Of a DNA stretch of 64,000 nucleotides, positions 1 through 12,532 are shown piece by piece. A program made the translations under genes and the position numbers. The stretch covers positions 99,696,001 to 99,760,000 of the forward strand of contig OX597823.1 in assembly GCA_951406725.2 (NCBI GenBank), given 5' to 3'. Within the stretch, counting starts at the first letter, position 1, and each line of letters opens with the position of its first letter. This DNA is from Octopus vulgaris (Eukaryota). The notes under the pieces are model-generated. The model worked only from the letters and a program-made list of their open reading frames with translations. It searched no databases and was not told the origin of the DNA.

Positions 1-200
1 CCTTTGAATTACAGGCACAACAGAAACAGGAATTAAGAGTGAGAGAAAGTTGTGGTGAAAGAGTACAGCAGGGTTTGCCACCACCCCCTGCCGGAGCCTC
101 ATGGAGCTTTAGGTGTTTTCTTTCAATAAACACTCATAATGCCTGGCCTGAGAATGGAAACCATGAGTCCGCTGTCTTAAACACTGGGCCATAGCGCCTC
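1..200 (-). mobile_element. tRNA-derived SINE, family C (5' part; continues beyond window start)
   Basis: Reverse complement starts GGAGGCGCTATGGCCCAGTG (A-box-like). Body GTGTTTATTG..AAAACACCTAAAGCTCCA.GAGGCTCCGGCAGGGGGTGGTGGC matches the copy at 24690-24940. Confidence 0.8.
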
Positions 201-213
201 CACACACACACCA

Positions 214-281
<68 letters not shown>
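201..281. repeat. (CA)n microsatellite
   Basis: Seen directly. Confidence 0.98.
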
Positions 282-284
<3 letters not shown>

Positions 285-721
285 TACCACTTTGTCCAAC
301 ACACTAATGATTCTGCCAATACATTTTTACCAGAATTTATTGTAAAATTGCAGTGTATTTCAGAAAAAATTTAGTAATCAAAGAGTTTGTGTGGTGTGAC
401 ATTGTAGGAATGAGATTTATTGGTAAATTGCTGGGACTAAAAATTTCCTTCTTTCTATAAACCTTCATATCTTTAACCAATATGGTCAACTGGATTTAAT
501 TTTGATTATATTTAAATTTAGAACTGTGAGCTAACACACTAGTTGCTGTGATAGGGGTTATATCAATAAACCATTGCTTCTCTCGGTCCCTAATTATTAA
601 TAATTGGAACACATAGCAGAGGCAAATTCTCTGGAGACGTGGAAGCAACTGGATTGGATGTAGTATTTTTTACACAACACCAATAATTGTACACATCATT
701 GATAAAGTGAGTGTGTAATAG

Positions 722-722
<1 letters not shown>

Positions 723-762
<40 letters not shown>
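723..762. repeat. (TA)n microsatellite (similar tracts near 7220, 24642, 25194, 28428, 52481, 62632)
   Basis: Seen directly. Confidence 0.98.
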
Positions 763-765
<3 letters not shown>

Positions 766-1952
766 ACATTGTGCTATATATAATATGACCCTTTATAATG
801 TCAGTATATGATGTACCTTCATTAAAAAAAAGAAAAAAAGCAACAAAAAAGCATAAAATACTCATCAGCTTCAAGGAGACCACAATGCATGCTGTATGGA
901 TGTCACACCTCGAAGAACATTCGTGGGATCCTGAAATTTGAATTGTAACATTTTATTCACTGAATTCATTTTATTATTGAGTTTTCAAATCAATTATCTG
1001 GCTCATGTTTTGCCTTGGGCTGAAATGTGTTTCATATTGCTAAACAGATGACTAATGTGTACCTCGCATAATCAAACTGACAAACCTCAACAGTTGTGGG
1101 TACTTTGCATCTGGACAGATAAACATTAAATGTGAATTCTCATTTGGAGAAAATCTCTCATGACTACAATGTTATGAAGACAACCATCAGGGAAGTGGAA
1201 GACCGTATTTTGCATCATGAGGTCTACTAGTTCTTAGCTCCCAAAGGGCAGCTAGGCTTCTAATTCCTTGCAAAAAGGGCCTCCACTATTTTTGTAGAAT
1301 CAACACCAATCTTACCACATTTGAATGGCCTCTAAAGGTTATTGATTTCTGTATGAAGTGTTATTGTTGTAAAACATTTTGAAAGTCACTTAATTTCTCT
1401 ATGATGTCTTTTCTCTCTACCTTTTCTATTGCGTTTGGTCCTTTTGGAACTTTGCTGGTTTCCTCACATCTACTCAGCTTCTTCTGATTCACTTATGCCG
1501 TTTCCTTCTGCTACTCATGTTGTATCCACAATCCTTCATACCAACAACCCTCTGGAATTCCCTCCAAGAGGAACATTAACCATGTTGATCTTCCATTCTC
1601 AGAGAGCCTATGATGGCAATGGCCACAACCTGAACAATCCAATACAGTAACCAAACAACTACTTTAGCCATCATTCGCAAGTCAGTATAACCTGGTTGCA
1701 CTAATTAGGTACCAATGTAGTCAGAGTCCAGCATCAAGGATCAATGACATCTGGAGGGAAGGTTGTATCATTATTTAGAGTGATCCCCATTTTTCTTATC
1801 TTGGTAGACTGGAGTAGCATGAAAGGAAGTGCCTTGCTGAAAGTGACAATGTATCATTTGGTCTAGGAGTCCTGAGATTATGACTGTGAGTCCTGACCAC
1901 TGGGCTACATGCCTTCCTTACCCTTCTCTCAATCTGAAAGTCAACTAAAATC

Positions 1953-2160
1953 TTGACCCTTTCGTTACCATATTTCTGCTTTGTGTCAATTAATTTTGAA
2001 AATAAAGTATTTAGTAAAACAAATTTGTCATTCTTATTCTGGTGTTTGGAATATAAATTAACGATAAGGTTTGATGGAAGGCTTTAATTTAGGCCACTTT
2101 AAAACAAGTTTGTACGATAGAGCCAGGGGTCAGCCTCAGGTAAATTGATGCCAAAAGGGC
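1953..2160 (+). mobile_element. TTAA-type (piggyBac-like) MITE, family P1
   Basis: Ends TTGACCCTTTCGTTACCA...TGATGCCAAAAGGG. Internal sequence is shared with about 8 other copies in the window (e.g. 63471-63700). Confidence 0.7.
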
Positions 2161-2210
2161 CGAAGCTGGTCCCATTGTCTTTTTTATTGCTTTTTAATAG
2201 TTTCTTTTAG

Positions 2211-2308
2211 ATATTCTGCTTTTGTCAAGTACATGGCTTCGAAACAAACTAAATTTTCCTCTGTTGATATAATTAGACCAACTGAAAACTTCATTGAATT
2301 TACTGCAG
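2211..2308 (+). CDS. Candidate coding exon (98 nt) of an unidentified + strand gene: (R)YSAFVKYMASKQTKFSSVDIIRPTENFIEFTA, phase-1 donor
   Basis: Polypyrimidine acceptor tttcttttag|, donor CAG|gtaaaa, open frame, non-repetitive sequence, ATG at 2233. Protein not recognised. Confidence 0.55.
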
Positions 2309-3179
2309 GTAAAATTCCGTGTTTATGCTTCAGTATTTGCTTGTTTATTTACTTTGATGCATTTTGTAAATGCAGTTCACTGCATCAACTTGCATTCGGA
2401 GCTAGTTGCAAATTCATTATTAATGATAGTGCAACGTTACAGATTTTAGTATCACTCTCAAAATATAAATCAATTTTCTATAATTGGTTTGTTCAGGAAT
2501 ATTGAAACAGCTCTAAAAACAAAACCACAACAATTGTTCACGATATTTTTATCACCAAGCTGAATCTGAAAATAGATTTTCTCACACATACTAGAAATAT
2601 TTCTATTTCAGACTATTGGGAATTTTAACCAATGAAGAAGTCAAATATTTCTGGAATGATTCTTTTTTATTTTTGCTGATATTTTTGCATCTGATTTTAC
2701 TGCTTTTGGTTTTTTTTTCTCTCTCTTTTTTTTTTTTTTTTTTCCCCACAATTTGGATTGTTCAGTGTATTCAGATGTTTTCATAATTCCTTAGGAACAG
2801 ATCTTGCACTTTCTCACTCTGTTCAATTATTTACTATAAGAATGTGAAATCTTTTACTTTTTGTTCCTATCCAACTGTACCAAGTCATAGACTTTTCTTA
2901 GGTCGAATTTCACCCTTTTTCACAAATGATCTTTTAAATCAGTTGACCAAAACTTTGCTCACAACCCTTTTTAGGAAGCCAAAACTAGTGGAAGGGAGGA
3001 ATTTGAACCATGGACCCAAAAACTGGCTTCCAAAAGAATAAATTCCAAAAGGCACCTGAATACCAGGTGGGATGTTAAACTGGGCAATGAGTTGAGTCTG
3101 CCATCCAAATAAGTCATGGTGGGATTGCAAATTAAGAATGCAACAAGCTGGAACAAATACTGAAAGGCATTGTCTGCGA

Positions 3180-3325
3180 ATTACCTGCTTTAGCTTGGTA
3201 CTTTTTTATCAACCCTGGACAGGATGAAAGGCAAAATTGACTTTGGCAAGATTTGAACTCAGAGCACAGAGAATCAGAACAAATACCATGTAGCATTCTG
3301 TTTGACATGTTAATAACTCTGCCAA
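3180..3325 (-). mobile_element. tRNA-derived SINE, family B, decayed
   Basis: Reverse complement of GAGTTCAAAT (B-box) and the GACTTTGCCTTTCATCC..GGGTTGATAAAA..GTACC core. Confidence 0.7.
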
Positions 3326-3859
3326 TTCAGTGTACAAAATATTAAAAACTTGTCATTGTCAACACACTCACTTAGCCATATAACATACAAATACATACAC
3401 ATACATCCATGTATGTTGTATAAGCATACTTCTATAACATACAAACACTCACCCATTCCTATCCCTGTATGTCCTACATTCCCATATGTTGTACTAATAA
3501 CCTATCTATATACACCTGTATATAAATGAGCTTTACTATCATTATAATAGATTTTAGAAAAAGAAACTCTATTCAATTTTAAATTAAATGGCCAAAAATA
3601 AATACTTTACTGTGCATTCACTTGGTTCCTATGAAAAGAATTATTGAATTGTTCCATTTTGTTGTTGTTGCTGCTGCTGTTGCTGATGATGATGATGTTA
3701 CATTGGCTGCTCGAAAGCTTTTCGAAGGTTTGAGTTCAGTTTTGCAAAAATGCTTATTTCATTCTTGACTGATATTTGCTTTTAAGGTTGTTGTTAAGCT
3801 CTGATCAAGCATGGCCTGTGATCAAAATGTATTCCATATAATGTGCGTATGTTGAATGT

Positions 3860-4160
3860 GAGGACACATGGTCTAGTGGTTAGGGTGTTGCACTCAAGAC
3901 TGTGAGATCGTGGTTTCAGTTCCTAGACTGGGTGGTGCTTTGTGTTCTTGAATAAACATACTTCATCTTGTGTTGCCCTTTGATCACTTCTCTACCTGTG
4001 TGGCACACATCATGCCCCAATTAAGACAATATCGATTTGATGGAGGGAGTGAGCTAATGTGTTGCACAAACATTTGATCACAATAAGCAAATCATTTGTG
4101 CTGGTTGTTCGGCAAAAGCTGAATGCTCACGTGTTGCCTTGGACGCAAGAGTCCATCTTA
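3860..4160 (+). mobile_element. tRNA-derived SINE, family C-related, decayed
   Basis: TGGTCTAGTGG A-box, GGTTTCAGTTCC B-box-like, followed by TGTGTTCTTGAATAA. Confidence 0.6.
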
Positions 4161-4429
4161 TATAATCAGAGACTATATCATTCAGTGTGTTCTTTCTTTT
4201 TTGAGTATGGTATAACTTGAAAGAGATTGGCTGCTATTTCTCTTAGGTGTAGTGGCAATGTCCATGCACCCGCATTGACTCAGTTTCTTCTCAGTGGATA
4301 ACCCTAAAAAAAAAAAGAGGAAAAAAAAAATGACATATCAACCTCATTATATTTCATTTACTGTGGGCGAACTTCATTGGTTTATTAAACCTTATTAACC
4401 CTTGAACTGTATAATCAAATTTTATGGTC

Positions 4430-4770
4430 AACTGCATGGTACCTTGCGCAAGTGTCTTCTGCTGTAGCCGTAGGCCAACTAAGGCCTTCTCAGTCGGTTT
4501 GGAAGACAGAAACTGAAAAAATTCCGTGTGTGTTTGTGTCTCCTTGTCTTGATATCATATGAGAGTTGTAATCATTATTGCAGTGGTGCCCTCCATTTCT
4601 GATCTTCTGTGTAAACATGTCCAGTCATGGGGGGAAATATTACTTTGCCTGGAAACAAATGACAGTTGGTGACTGAAAGGGCATCTGGTTATAGAAAAGC
4701 TGCTTCAATGAACTTCATCTAACCCATGCAAGCATGAAATATTGGATGTAAAAATGAGGAGGAGGCGGAT
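4430..4770 (+). mobile_element. SINE family A, decayed, with AGGGCATC..GATGTAAAA tail
   Basis: ACCTTGCGCAAGTGTCTTCTGCTGTAGCC..GACAGAAACTGAAA matches 7062-7468. Confidence 0.7.
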
Positions 4771-7061
4771 GATTGATATTGATTGTCTACCAAAAAATAG
4801 AATTTCTATTTTCTCTGAGTCTCATTGCCTCATAATAAATTTGACAGACCTTAGCAAAAACTAATTTGAAATCTGGCATACCTCTACAAAAGATAGACTG
4901 ATTTATAAAATTGCTCTCCATAGTTAACAGTAATAAAATTTTGAGTAGATTTCTTCTTTAAAAGGGTAAAGTAAGCTTAATGCCATTTTCAGATGAACTC
5001 TCTGTAAAGCCAATCATTCCGTCATTTAAATAATCAATGATATTGATACTTATCTGACATGGAAACGTATGTCTCAAAACAAATCTGGTCTATTGCCCCG
5101 CTTTTGTTGAATTTACTTTTAGAAATGTGTTATAGTCTTTAAAAAAAAAAATCCTTCTTTTCCATTTTAATTGGTAGTTATGTGATCAGTTTCTATGAGC
5201 TTCCAACAAATGGAATCAGCTTTTTTTTGATTCCCAGTTGATTAGCTTTGAGAAAATAAAGTGTATGAAGGTTGCAAATTTTCATCTCTATGAATATTTA
5301 ACATCAAAACTTTGTGTTTATTTTAAAGAGAAATAATTTCATCAAAAATGAGAATTTGTTTTTTGAAACCTAATTTCCCTGTTTAATCCTTGATAGATAT
5401 CTACACATGTTTTAATTTATGTTGTTATCAGTAACAATAATAATAATTACATGAAATAGAATGCAACAAATCTCTTCACTGCAGCAGTCTGCTGTGTTGT
5501 GTACTTTAATTTTTTTTACTCAAATTTATTTTGCAAACAAAAAAGGGAAAAATAGAAAAGAAAATACTATCAGTATATTTAAAAAAAAAAATTTTTGCTA
5601 TGCAATTTATATTTGTAAATATAAGTTCTCTAAAATGGTAAAAAAAAAAACCCAATTTTTAATTATCTTTGTATCTCAATGTCTTTTAAAAAATTTTTTT
5701 GGACCCTCCTATCTTGATGATTAACATTTAATTTTCGTTCCATGTTACTACAAAATGGTTGGCACCCAAAAGTAGGGAGTGATTCTGATAGTTTCACCAA
5801 AAGAAATCTCATAAGCTGTAGACAGACTAGTTTCGACCTGTAGTTTTGGGAATCTAATATTTCTTCATTTTAAGAATTTTATTTGTAAGGTTTCAAAATG
5901 CATTTTCTGTTTGTAACTACGTAGATGCTTCCATGGCTGGTACTTTAAAAAATGTTCTGCTAGTTCTTTTTAGATATTTTGGCAAAATATTTGGCACACT
6001 GTCAATTCCAAAAGCCTTCATGATTTTGGTGTTTTATAATACCTGTTAATTCCTCATTTGTCTCTTCCCTATTTTATTCTGATATTATTAAAAAAACTCT
6101 TTTGTTAATTTTTTTGGTTTTGTCTATGATGCATCCATGTATCTCACTATAAAAGACAAATGGAAATGAACCCAGATATTTTACAACAAAACACACATTC
6201 TGAAATCGAAAAAATAAAATAAATAAAAAAAGGAACAAAAACAACATTGTGACATTTTGTGAGAACATTGTGAGTTGTAGTTTTGGCTATGATACACACG
6301 CACGCACTTTACAGTTTTGTCAAAACTAGGTAATTCTGTGGGGTTTAAATGAAATCCAGTCAGGGGAAGAAGAACAATGTCACAAAAGAGTGTAGAGAAA
6401 AAATGTTCATACTTGCACCTCTTGAAAAATGAAGGGGCTTTCAGTGTATCCCCAACAAAGCAAGTCAAAGAATATTTGATGGCCATGTGAGATACTGTAC
6501 TTGCCATTGGCTGTAACTGAACATGTGGAAGTGTCTGCTTGGTCTGCAAGACCAAGGGTAAGTCAAAAGCACAGGCTGAGTTTTAGTGCCATAGACTGAA
6601 CCAGTGTGATGCAGAGGCCACAGCCAGGGACATTGCTATTGACATATAACTCTGGCTTGCTTCTTTTATAGCTCAGTATAGGCAGATGGTCACTGCATGG
6701 GGGACCAAAATTGTGTGGTTAGTAGGGATCAAAACCCTCCCAGAAACCCACCTTTTTTTTAGAATTGTTCAATCTCATTCATATTTTCTTATATTTCTAG
6801 TTATGCTCTGGTTCGGCTCTCATTGATCAGCAGTCTGTAGGTGTCCTAAAAATCTAGTTTATTTACTTCATTTGTTTCATACATTTTAGTTCTATTTTTA
6901 TGGCTTGTGTTTTCAAGGTTTTTATTTTCGTCGGCCATTTTGTGTTTGATATTTGTGTTAACATGGTGTATTCTTCTTTTATACATGTTCTGTTGCAATT
7001 TCTACTGTTTTCACTTTGGAAATATATCTTCTTAAATTAGCCAATTGGTTTGAATCCAGTG

Positions 7062-7215
7062 ATCTATGTGCTAAGTAGATTGCTTACAAACCACATGGTT
7101 TTAGGTTCAGTCCCACTGCGTGACACCTTTGGCAAGTGTCTTCTACTATAGCCTTGGACCAACCAAAGCCTTGTGAGTGGATTTGGTAGACAGAAACTGA
7201 AAGAAGCCCGCCGTG

Positions 7216-7274
<59 letters not shown>

Positions 7275-7468
7275 CTGTGTTTATCTCACCAACATCGCTT
7301 GACAACCAATGCTGGTGTGTTTATGTCCCCGTAACTTAGCAGTTCGGCAAAAGAGACTGATAGAATAAGTACTTGGCTCACAAAGAATAAGTCCTGGGAT
7401 CGATGTATTCGACTAAAGGCAGTGCTCCAGCATGGCCACAGTCAAATGACTGAAACAAGTAAAAGAGT
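7062..7468 (+). mobile_element. tRNA-derived SINE family A (CORE-like), near full length, internal (TA)n/(TG)n
   Basis: GGTTCAGTCCC B-box, TTGGCAAGTGTCTT core, 3' GTGCTCCAGCATGGCCACAGTCAAATGACTGAAAC. Highly similar to the inverted copy at 8945-9340. Confidence 0.9.
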
Positions 7469-8284
7469 ATATGGTCAGAGTTTCATTTTATGGCTAGTGT
7501 GTTGCTGCAATGCATGTGGAATAGAAACATATTGTGTCCCTGTTATGTTTTTACGTTTTATTTGCAAGCCTGGCTCTTCGTTTAGATGGTTATCATTTTT
7601 GTCAAGTACTGGTTCACCACTTTCTGACAACATTGAGTTTTGCCATTTTTCAAACACTTTACACATCAGATGTAGAATATGCATTCCTTTTTGCTTTCTG
7701 GGAGGAATGGCACTGGTTTATATTTTTGTGTGTGATGGTGTCAGGATTGAATTGGTTCAGTGCTCATATCCACAGTGCTGCAACAGTTTGTTTACATGTG
7801 ATATCAGATTGCCAAATACTGTGAACTTTGGTAATACATCAATGGCAATTTTTTTGCATTCTAAATTCAAATCTGTTTTTGGTGGGTTTTTTTTTCTTCT
7901 TCTTTTCATATCACGACTGTTGGTAAAACACATACCAGTAATGTACTATTGCTGAGTCATTCCACTATATTTATTCCCTGCAAAGATTTGGCTTTGTGCC
8001 ACTGCCAAAAAAATTTTGTATTGTTGGCTTTTCAGAAAATTTCCTGCAAATTTTTTATCACACCACTAGGTCCACTTCTGTAGACAGACAAATTCTTATA
8101 GTTTTATTGGTCATTTGTGGTGCTGTTTTTAGCATTGCACTTGAGCATTAAGGGCTGACTGTTTATGGGCAGTGCAGATCATCTTATAGTATTGGGAAAA
8201 TCATTTATGGGATGTCTGTCCTAGATCATATGTAGGATGTGTTCCGGTATTGAGAGAATTTTGTGTAGAAGGTGTCTGAGGTAA

Positions 8285-8510
8285 TAATCATTATCAACAT
8301 TGAACGTCTGTCTTCCATACTGGAATAGTTTGGATGGCTTGACGGGAACTGGCAAGACCAGGGCCCTGCACCAGATTCCATAGCCTGTTTTGCATGGTTT
8401 CTTCGGTTGAATGCCCTTCCTAGCACCAACCACTTTACAGATTGTGCAGGGTGCTTGTTCTGTGGCACCAGCACCCACACCAATGCTTTTTACGTGGTAA
8501 CTTGGTTTTA
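8285..8510 (-). mobile_element. Family D repeat (RTE-like tail), decayed
   Basis: ATGCCCTTCCTAGCACCAACCAC motif and (ATC)n end, as in 21895-22160. Confidence 0.65.
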
Positions 8511-8944
8511 TGATCTCAGTTCTGCTGTGGTGGGCAGGTTATCTTGAGTACAGCAATGCACCACATGTCTTGGTCTTCTGTTGTCTACTTCATAAGGCTC
8601 AGCATTTTGAGATCAGTTTTCATTACTTTGTCCCATGTCTTCCAGGGTTTCCCTCTTCCACAACTTCCCTCCACTTTAAGGGATCAGCACTTTTTTATGC
8701 AACTGTCCTCATCCATCCTCATCAATTGATCAAACTTTCTTCATCTCATTCTTATTCCAGCAATACCACTTTCAGTGCAACCTCCTCCACTGCTTTTTAG
8801 GTTACCTTGGTGGCAAAAATCTTCTACAAATTCCAGAGAGCCACTGGGACATTTAAAAATTTCAGTTTTCACCCTGACACAACCCCCAACTGCTCTTTCC
8901 TATGCACATTTCCTCATTTCCTCTTCTCATGTGTTTTGTTGCAT

Positions 8945-9144
8945 ATTTCACTTAGTTTCAGTCATTTGGCTGTGGCCATGCTGGAGCACCGCCTTTAGTC
9001 GAACAATTCGACCCCGGGACTTATTCTTTGTAAGCCCAGTACTCATTCTATCAGTCTCTTTTGCCGAACCGCTAAGTGACGGGGACGTAAACACACCAGC
9101 ATCGGTTGTCAAGCAATGCTAGGGGGACAAACACAGACACACAA

Positions 9145-9191
<47 letters not shown>

Positions 9192-9340
9192 CGACAGGCT
9201 TCTTTCAGTTTCCGTCTACCAAATCCACTCACAAGGCATTGGTCGGCCCGGGGCTATAGCAGAAGACACTTGCCCAAGATGCCACGCAGTGGGACTGAAC
9301 CCGGAACCATGTGGTTGGTTAGCAAGCTACTTACCACACG
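8945..9340 (-). mobile_element. tRNA-derived SINE family A, young near full-length copy
   Basis: Reverse complement of 7062-7468; many CpGs retained. Confidence 0.9.
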
Positions 9341-9669
9341 TGCATGGCTTTTACTTTTGCAAGAACTGAATAACCAGAGATTCCATTATTGCTACATGTT
9401 GACTACATGGTCTGTGGCTGGCTGACATTAAGCTTCTCTTTAATTTCTGTGTTTTGCTACTCCTCTGTTGTTAGGAATTGATCCTCCTCTGCTCATCTCC
9501 TGTTTTTTGGCTTTTAATCTACAGCTCTTGGACCATTGTTTGCCTTTGTATTCATACTGGCTCATTTCTCCCTCCAGCATTGTTAGATACTAACTATAGA
9601 TAGTCCCCCACCCTCTCTATTTCTATTAGTATGCTTTGGATTTCCTGTTTGCTTTTTCTCTTTTTCTTT

Positions 9670-9681
9670 ATTATTATTATT

Positions 9682-9780
<99 letters not shown>

Positions 9781-9800
9781 TCCTCCTCCTCCTCCTCCTC
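9670..9800. repeat. Compound trinucleotide microsatellite (ATT)5(GTT)15(GTC)10(GCC)7(TCC)6
   Basis: Seen directly; unit counts agree with the poly-I/V/A/S translation in the ORF track. Confidence 0.97.
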
Positions 9801-10188
9801 TGTGTGCGTGAGTATTCCAGCATGGAACATAGACATTAAATGATGATGGTGATGTTTTATTCTTTTATGCTCTCTTATTACATTTAGCCAACTTTTATTC
9901 ACTTTTGAGTATTTTTCTAACCTCGCAGTGCTTGCTTTATGATAATTTATCTATTTATAGCCAACTGTTTCCTTTCTATGTGATTGATAGTCAAATTATG
10001 TCTATAACCTTTTAGACTTGATGAACTAAGGCAGCAGACTAGTTTTCTGATTTCTCTCTCTCTAAGCTCCTCAATTTATTTCTCTTCAAATTCATTATAC
10101 TGCTGCTGCTGCCATAGTTTTACGGCCAGGTCAGCTTCTCTATTTAAACCTTTTGTTTTATTTATGACAGTTTTGCTTTATAATATTA

Positions 10189-10589
10189 CTAGCAGTATCG
10201 CCCGGCGTTGCTCGGGTTTGTAAGGGAAATAACTATATAAGCATTTTTAGAGAGTTATAGCCAAAAAATAGCAAAAAAAAAATGCATTAAAAATGGGAAA
10301 AAAAGGATGGTAAATTTTTTTTTAAATCGTTGACTCATCGTAGACATTTTTAGAGAGTTACTTCCCTTATATAATAGCGAAAAAATGCATTAAAATGGAA
10401 AAAAATTATGGTAAATTTTTTTTTAAATCGTAGACTCATCATAGACGCGCGCTAATACCCAGAAGGGCTCGATATGAATCACGACTATAAGATACCCGGT
10501 TTTGGTTAAACTGCACCACAAAATGTGGGAGTAGTTAGGAATCTAAATCGTAGGAGACAGACACACAACCTTACTTTTATATATAAAGA
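10189..10589 (-). mobile_element. Non-autonomous Helitron (about 400 bp)
   Basis: Minus strand begins TC and ends CTAG, inserted between A and T with no TSD. Subterminal hairpin CCCGAGCAACGCCGGG lies about 9 nt before CTAG. Internal ~100-bp direct repeat. Near-identical copy at 42215-42608 has different flanks. Confidence 0.88.
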
Positions 10590-10962
10590 TTAGTCTGACT
10601 CTTGTAATTTTCTGTTCATCACTTGGTTATAGCTTTCTCCAATATTCTGTGTTGTGTTCTCTTATTCTAATTAAATGTCTGACTAAATCTCAGTGTCGAA
10701 TTAAATATTTAAAGCCATTAATTTATCCCTTTGGGTGGGCTTTGTACATTTGTTTAATCTCAAACTCATTTAACACCCTCACTGAGTCCATGTAAAGTTT
10801 TAGTGAGACTGACCACTATGGATGGGTGTGAATCATTTCTGTGCAGGTGACAGCTTATGACTCATTCATACCTCAGGCAGTTTGATTTCACAGATTTATT
10901 AGGGGTGCCACAATCAGACAGAAGAGTCTATCATTGTCACCACCTCCATTATGGTGGTGATT

Positions 10963-10964
10963 AC

Positions 10965-11007
<43 letters not shown>

Positions 11008-11232
11008 AAGCTATTATATGCCAATTTAATTTACAGAGCTGTTATCCCAAGGTCTGGTGACAAAAGAAATCCCCTCAGAACTCAAATTTTTTTCTTTTAA
11101 GGATTCTCCCGATTACAGGAGTGTACTTGACTCCAGGTCTACAATATGTGTATCAATTACAGTACCTTTCAACCTATTGGGTACCAGTTTGGGTATTGTG
11201 CTGCATACTTCAATTACCATAGGAACAAATTA
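10963..11232 (-). mobile_element. 3' end of an R4/Dong-type (restriction-like endonuclease) LINE with (TAA)n tail, decayed
   Basis: Minus-strand translation FVPMVIEVCSTIPKLVPNRLKGTVIDTHIVDLESSTLL resembles the VP.VIGALGTIPK..L...L....LQKS.LL C-terminus. Followed by a short UTR and (TAA)n. Confidence 0.6.
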
Positions 11233-11241
11233 TTCTATAAT

Positions 11242-11456
11242 AAGGCAGTGAGCTAGCAGAATCGTTAGCATGCTGGGCAAAATGCTAAGCGGTATTTTGC
11301 CTGTCACTACTTCTTGAGTTTAAATTCCACCAAGGTCGACTTTGCCTTTCATCCTTTCAGGGGTCGATAAATTAAGTACCAGTGAAACACTGGGGTCAAT
11401 GTAATCAACTAGTCCCCTCCCTTCAAATTTGAGGCCTTGTGCCTTCAGTAGACAGG

Positions 11457-11500
<44 letters not shown>
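11242..11500 (+). mobile_element. tRNA-derived SINE family B, full length with (ATT)n tail; decayed tandem copies follow to about 11830
   Basis: AGGCAGTGAGCTAGCAGAATCGTTAGCA head, GAGTTTAAATTCC B-box, GACTTTGCCTTTCATCCTTTCAGGGGTCGATAAATTAAGTACCAG core (resembles the MetaSINE domain; not verified). Confidence 0.88.
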
Positions 11501-12227
11501 GGTATCAAGCTGTCAGAATCATTGGTGCATCAGCCAAAATTTCTTCTGTTTTGAGTTGAAATCCCTCTGGAGTCAACTTTGCCTTTCATCCTGAGGTCTA
11601 TGTAATGTGACTGTCCCCTTCTTCATAAAACTGCTGGTCGTGTGAAAAGATTTCTTTAAGAGCATAGTAGCTACCAGAATTAGTATAATATTTGATAAGT
11701 ATTTTGTAGTGTTTAGTTACATCTCTTTACATTCCAAGTTCAAATCCATTTTAGGGTTGATAACCTAAGAACCAGTTATTAAATCAACGACAGATCTTCT
11801 GCAAAACAAGTGCCTTATACCTCTGTTAGAAATCAGGGATATTGTTGTTACGAAAGTAAAGTGCAAGTCTAAATGCTTTGGGATGTTCAGTTTCTCAGCC
11901 CTTTATAACCCAGTCCAGGTTCAGTTCCATTGATGTTGACTGTTTTTCATTCTTCTAGGTCTTTTTTCGATTTGCTTTTCTCTTGCAGTGAGATACAAGT
12001 CGTTTTTCTATGAATGTTTGTGGAAAGGGCTCCATAGAATTCGTGCTTGGTCTCTGTTTTAACTATTCGTATAGATCATTGTTCTCGTACAAAGACAGTT
12101 TCTACACTTTACATATATTGGTCCTTTCATCCAAATGGTCCTCTCTAACACTTTTATTTCTCTGATAAGATCTTATATTTCTCCTTATGTGCATAAACTT
12201 AATCTTACAGGATGGATCTCAGAATTT

Positions 12228-12458
12228 TTAATCCTTTCACTGCTGGATTTCTGTTAAGACATATTGCTTTTGTTTTTAATTACTTTTTGGAAATAACAAA
12301 GAATTTAGTTGAATGCCTGTCATATTAAGCTGGCATTTAGAACATAAATTAATATGGAATTTTTGATAGAAGGTTTTAAATCTAGATCATTCTAAAACAG
12401 GAATGTTTTATTCTAGAACCAAGGGTGGTCTCAGGTGGGGTGTTATTAAATGGGTTAT
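12228..12458 (+). mobile_element. TTAA MITE family P1
   Basis: TTAATCCTTT...AAATGGGTTAT ends; body shared with other P1 copies. Confidence 0.7.
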
Positions 12459-12532
12459 TGTTGTTCAGGTGATAGATTTACAGTTCTTTGGATTAGTGGT
12501 GCCAGAGATTTTAGGGATGAGATTTTCTATCT

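Noticed and set aside
1400-1650. Possible RTE-LINE 3' fragment or 73-aa ORF
   Set aside because: Too decayed to assign by eye
4993-5040. Acceptor ccattttcag followed by (D)ELSVKPIIPSFK*
   Set aside because: Short, no good donor; indistinguishable from chance without transcripts
6444-6557. Possible exon ending AGG|GTAAGT
   Set aside because: Weak acceptor and no convincing open frame compatible with the other exons
7422-7955. Longest ORF (177 aa)
   Set aside because: Starts inside a SINE tail, has F/C/L-rich composition typical of T-rich intron, no recognisable domain
9594-9902. ORFs with poly-T/A/E, poly-V and poly-C/R runs
   Set aside because: Translations of the compound microsatellite; no splice or coding context
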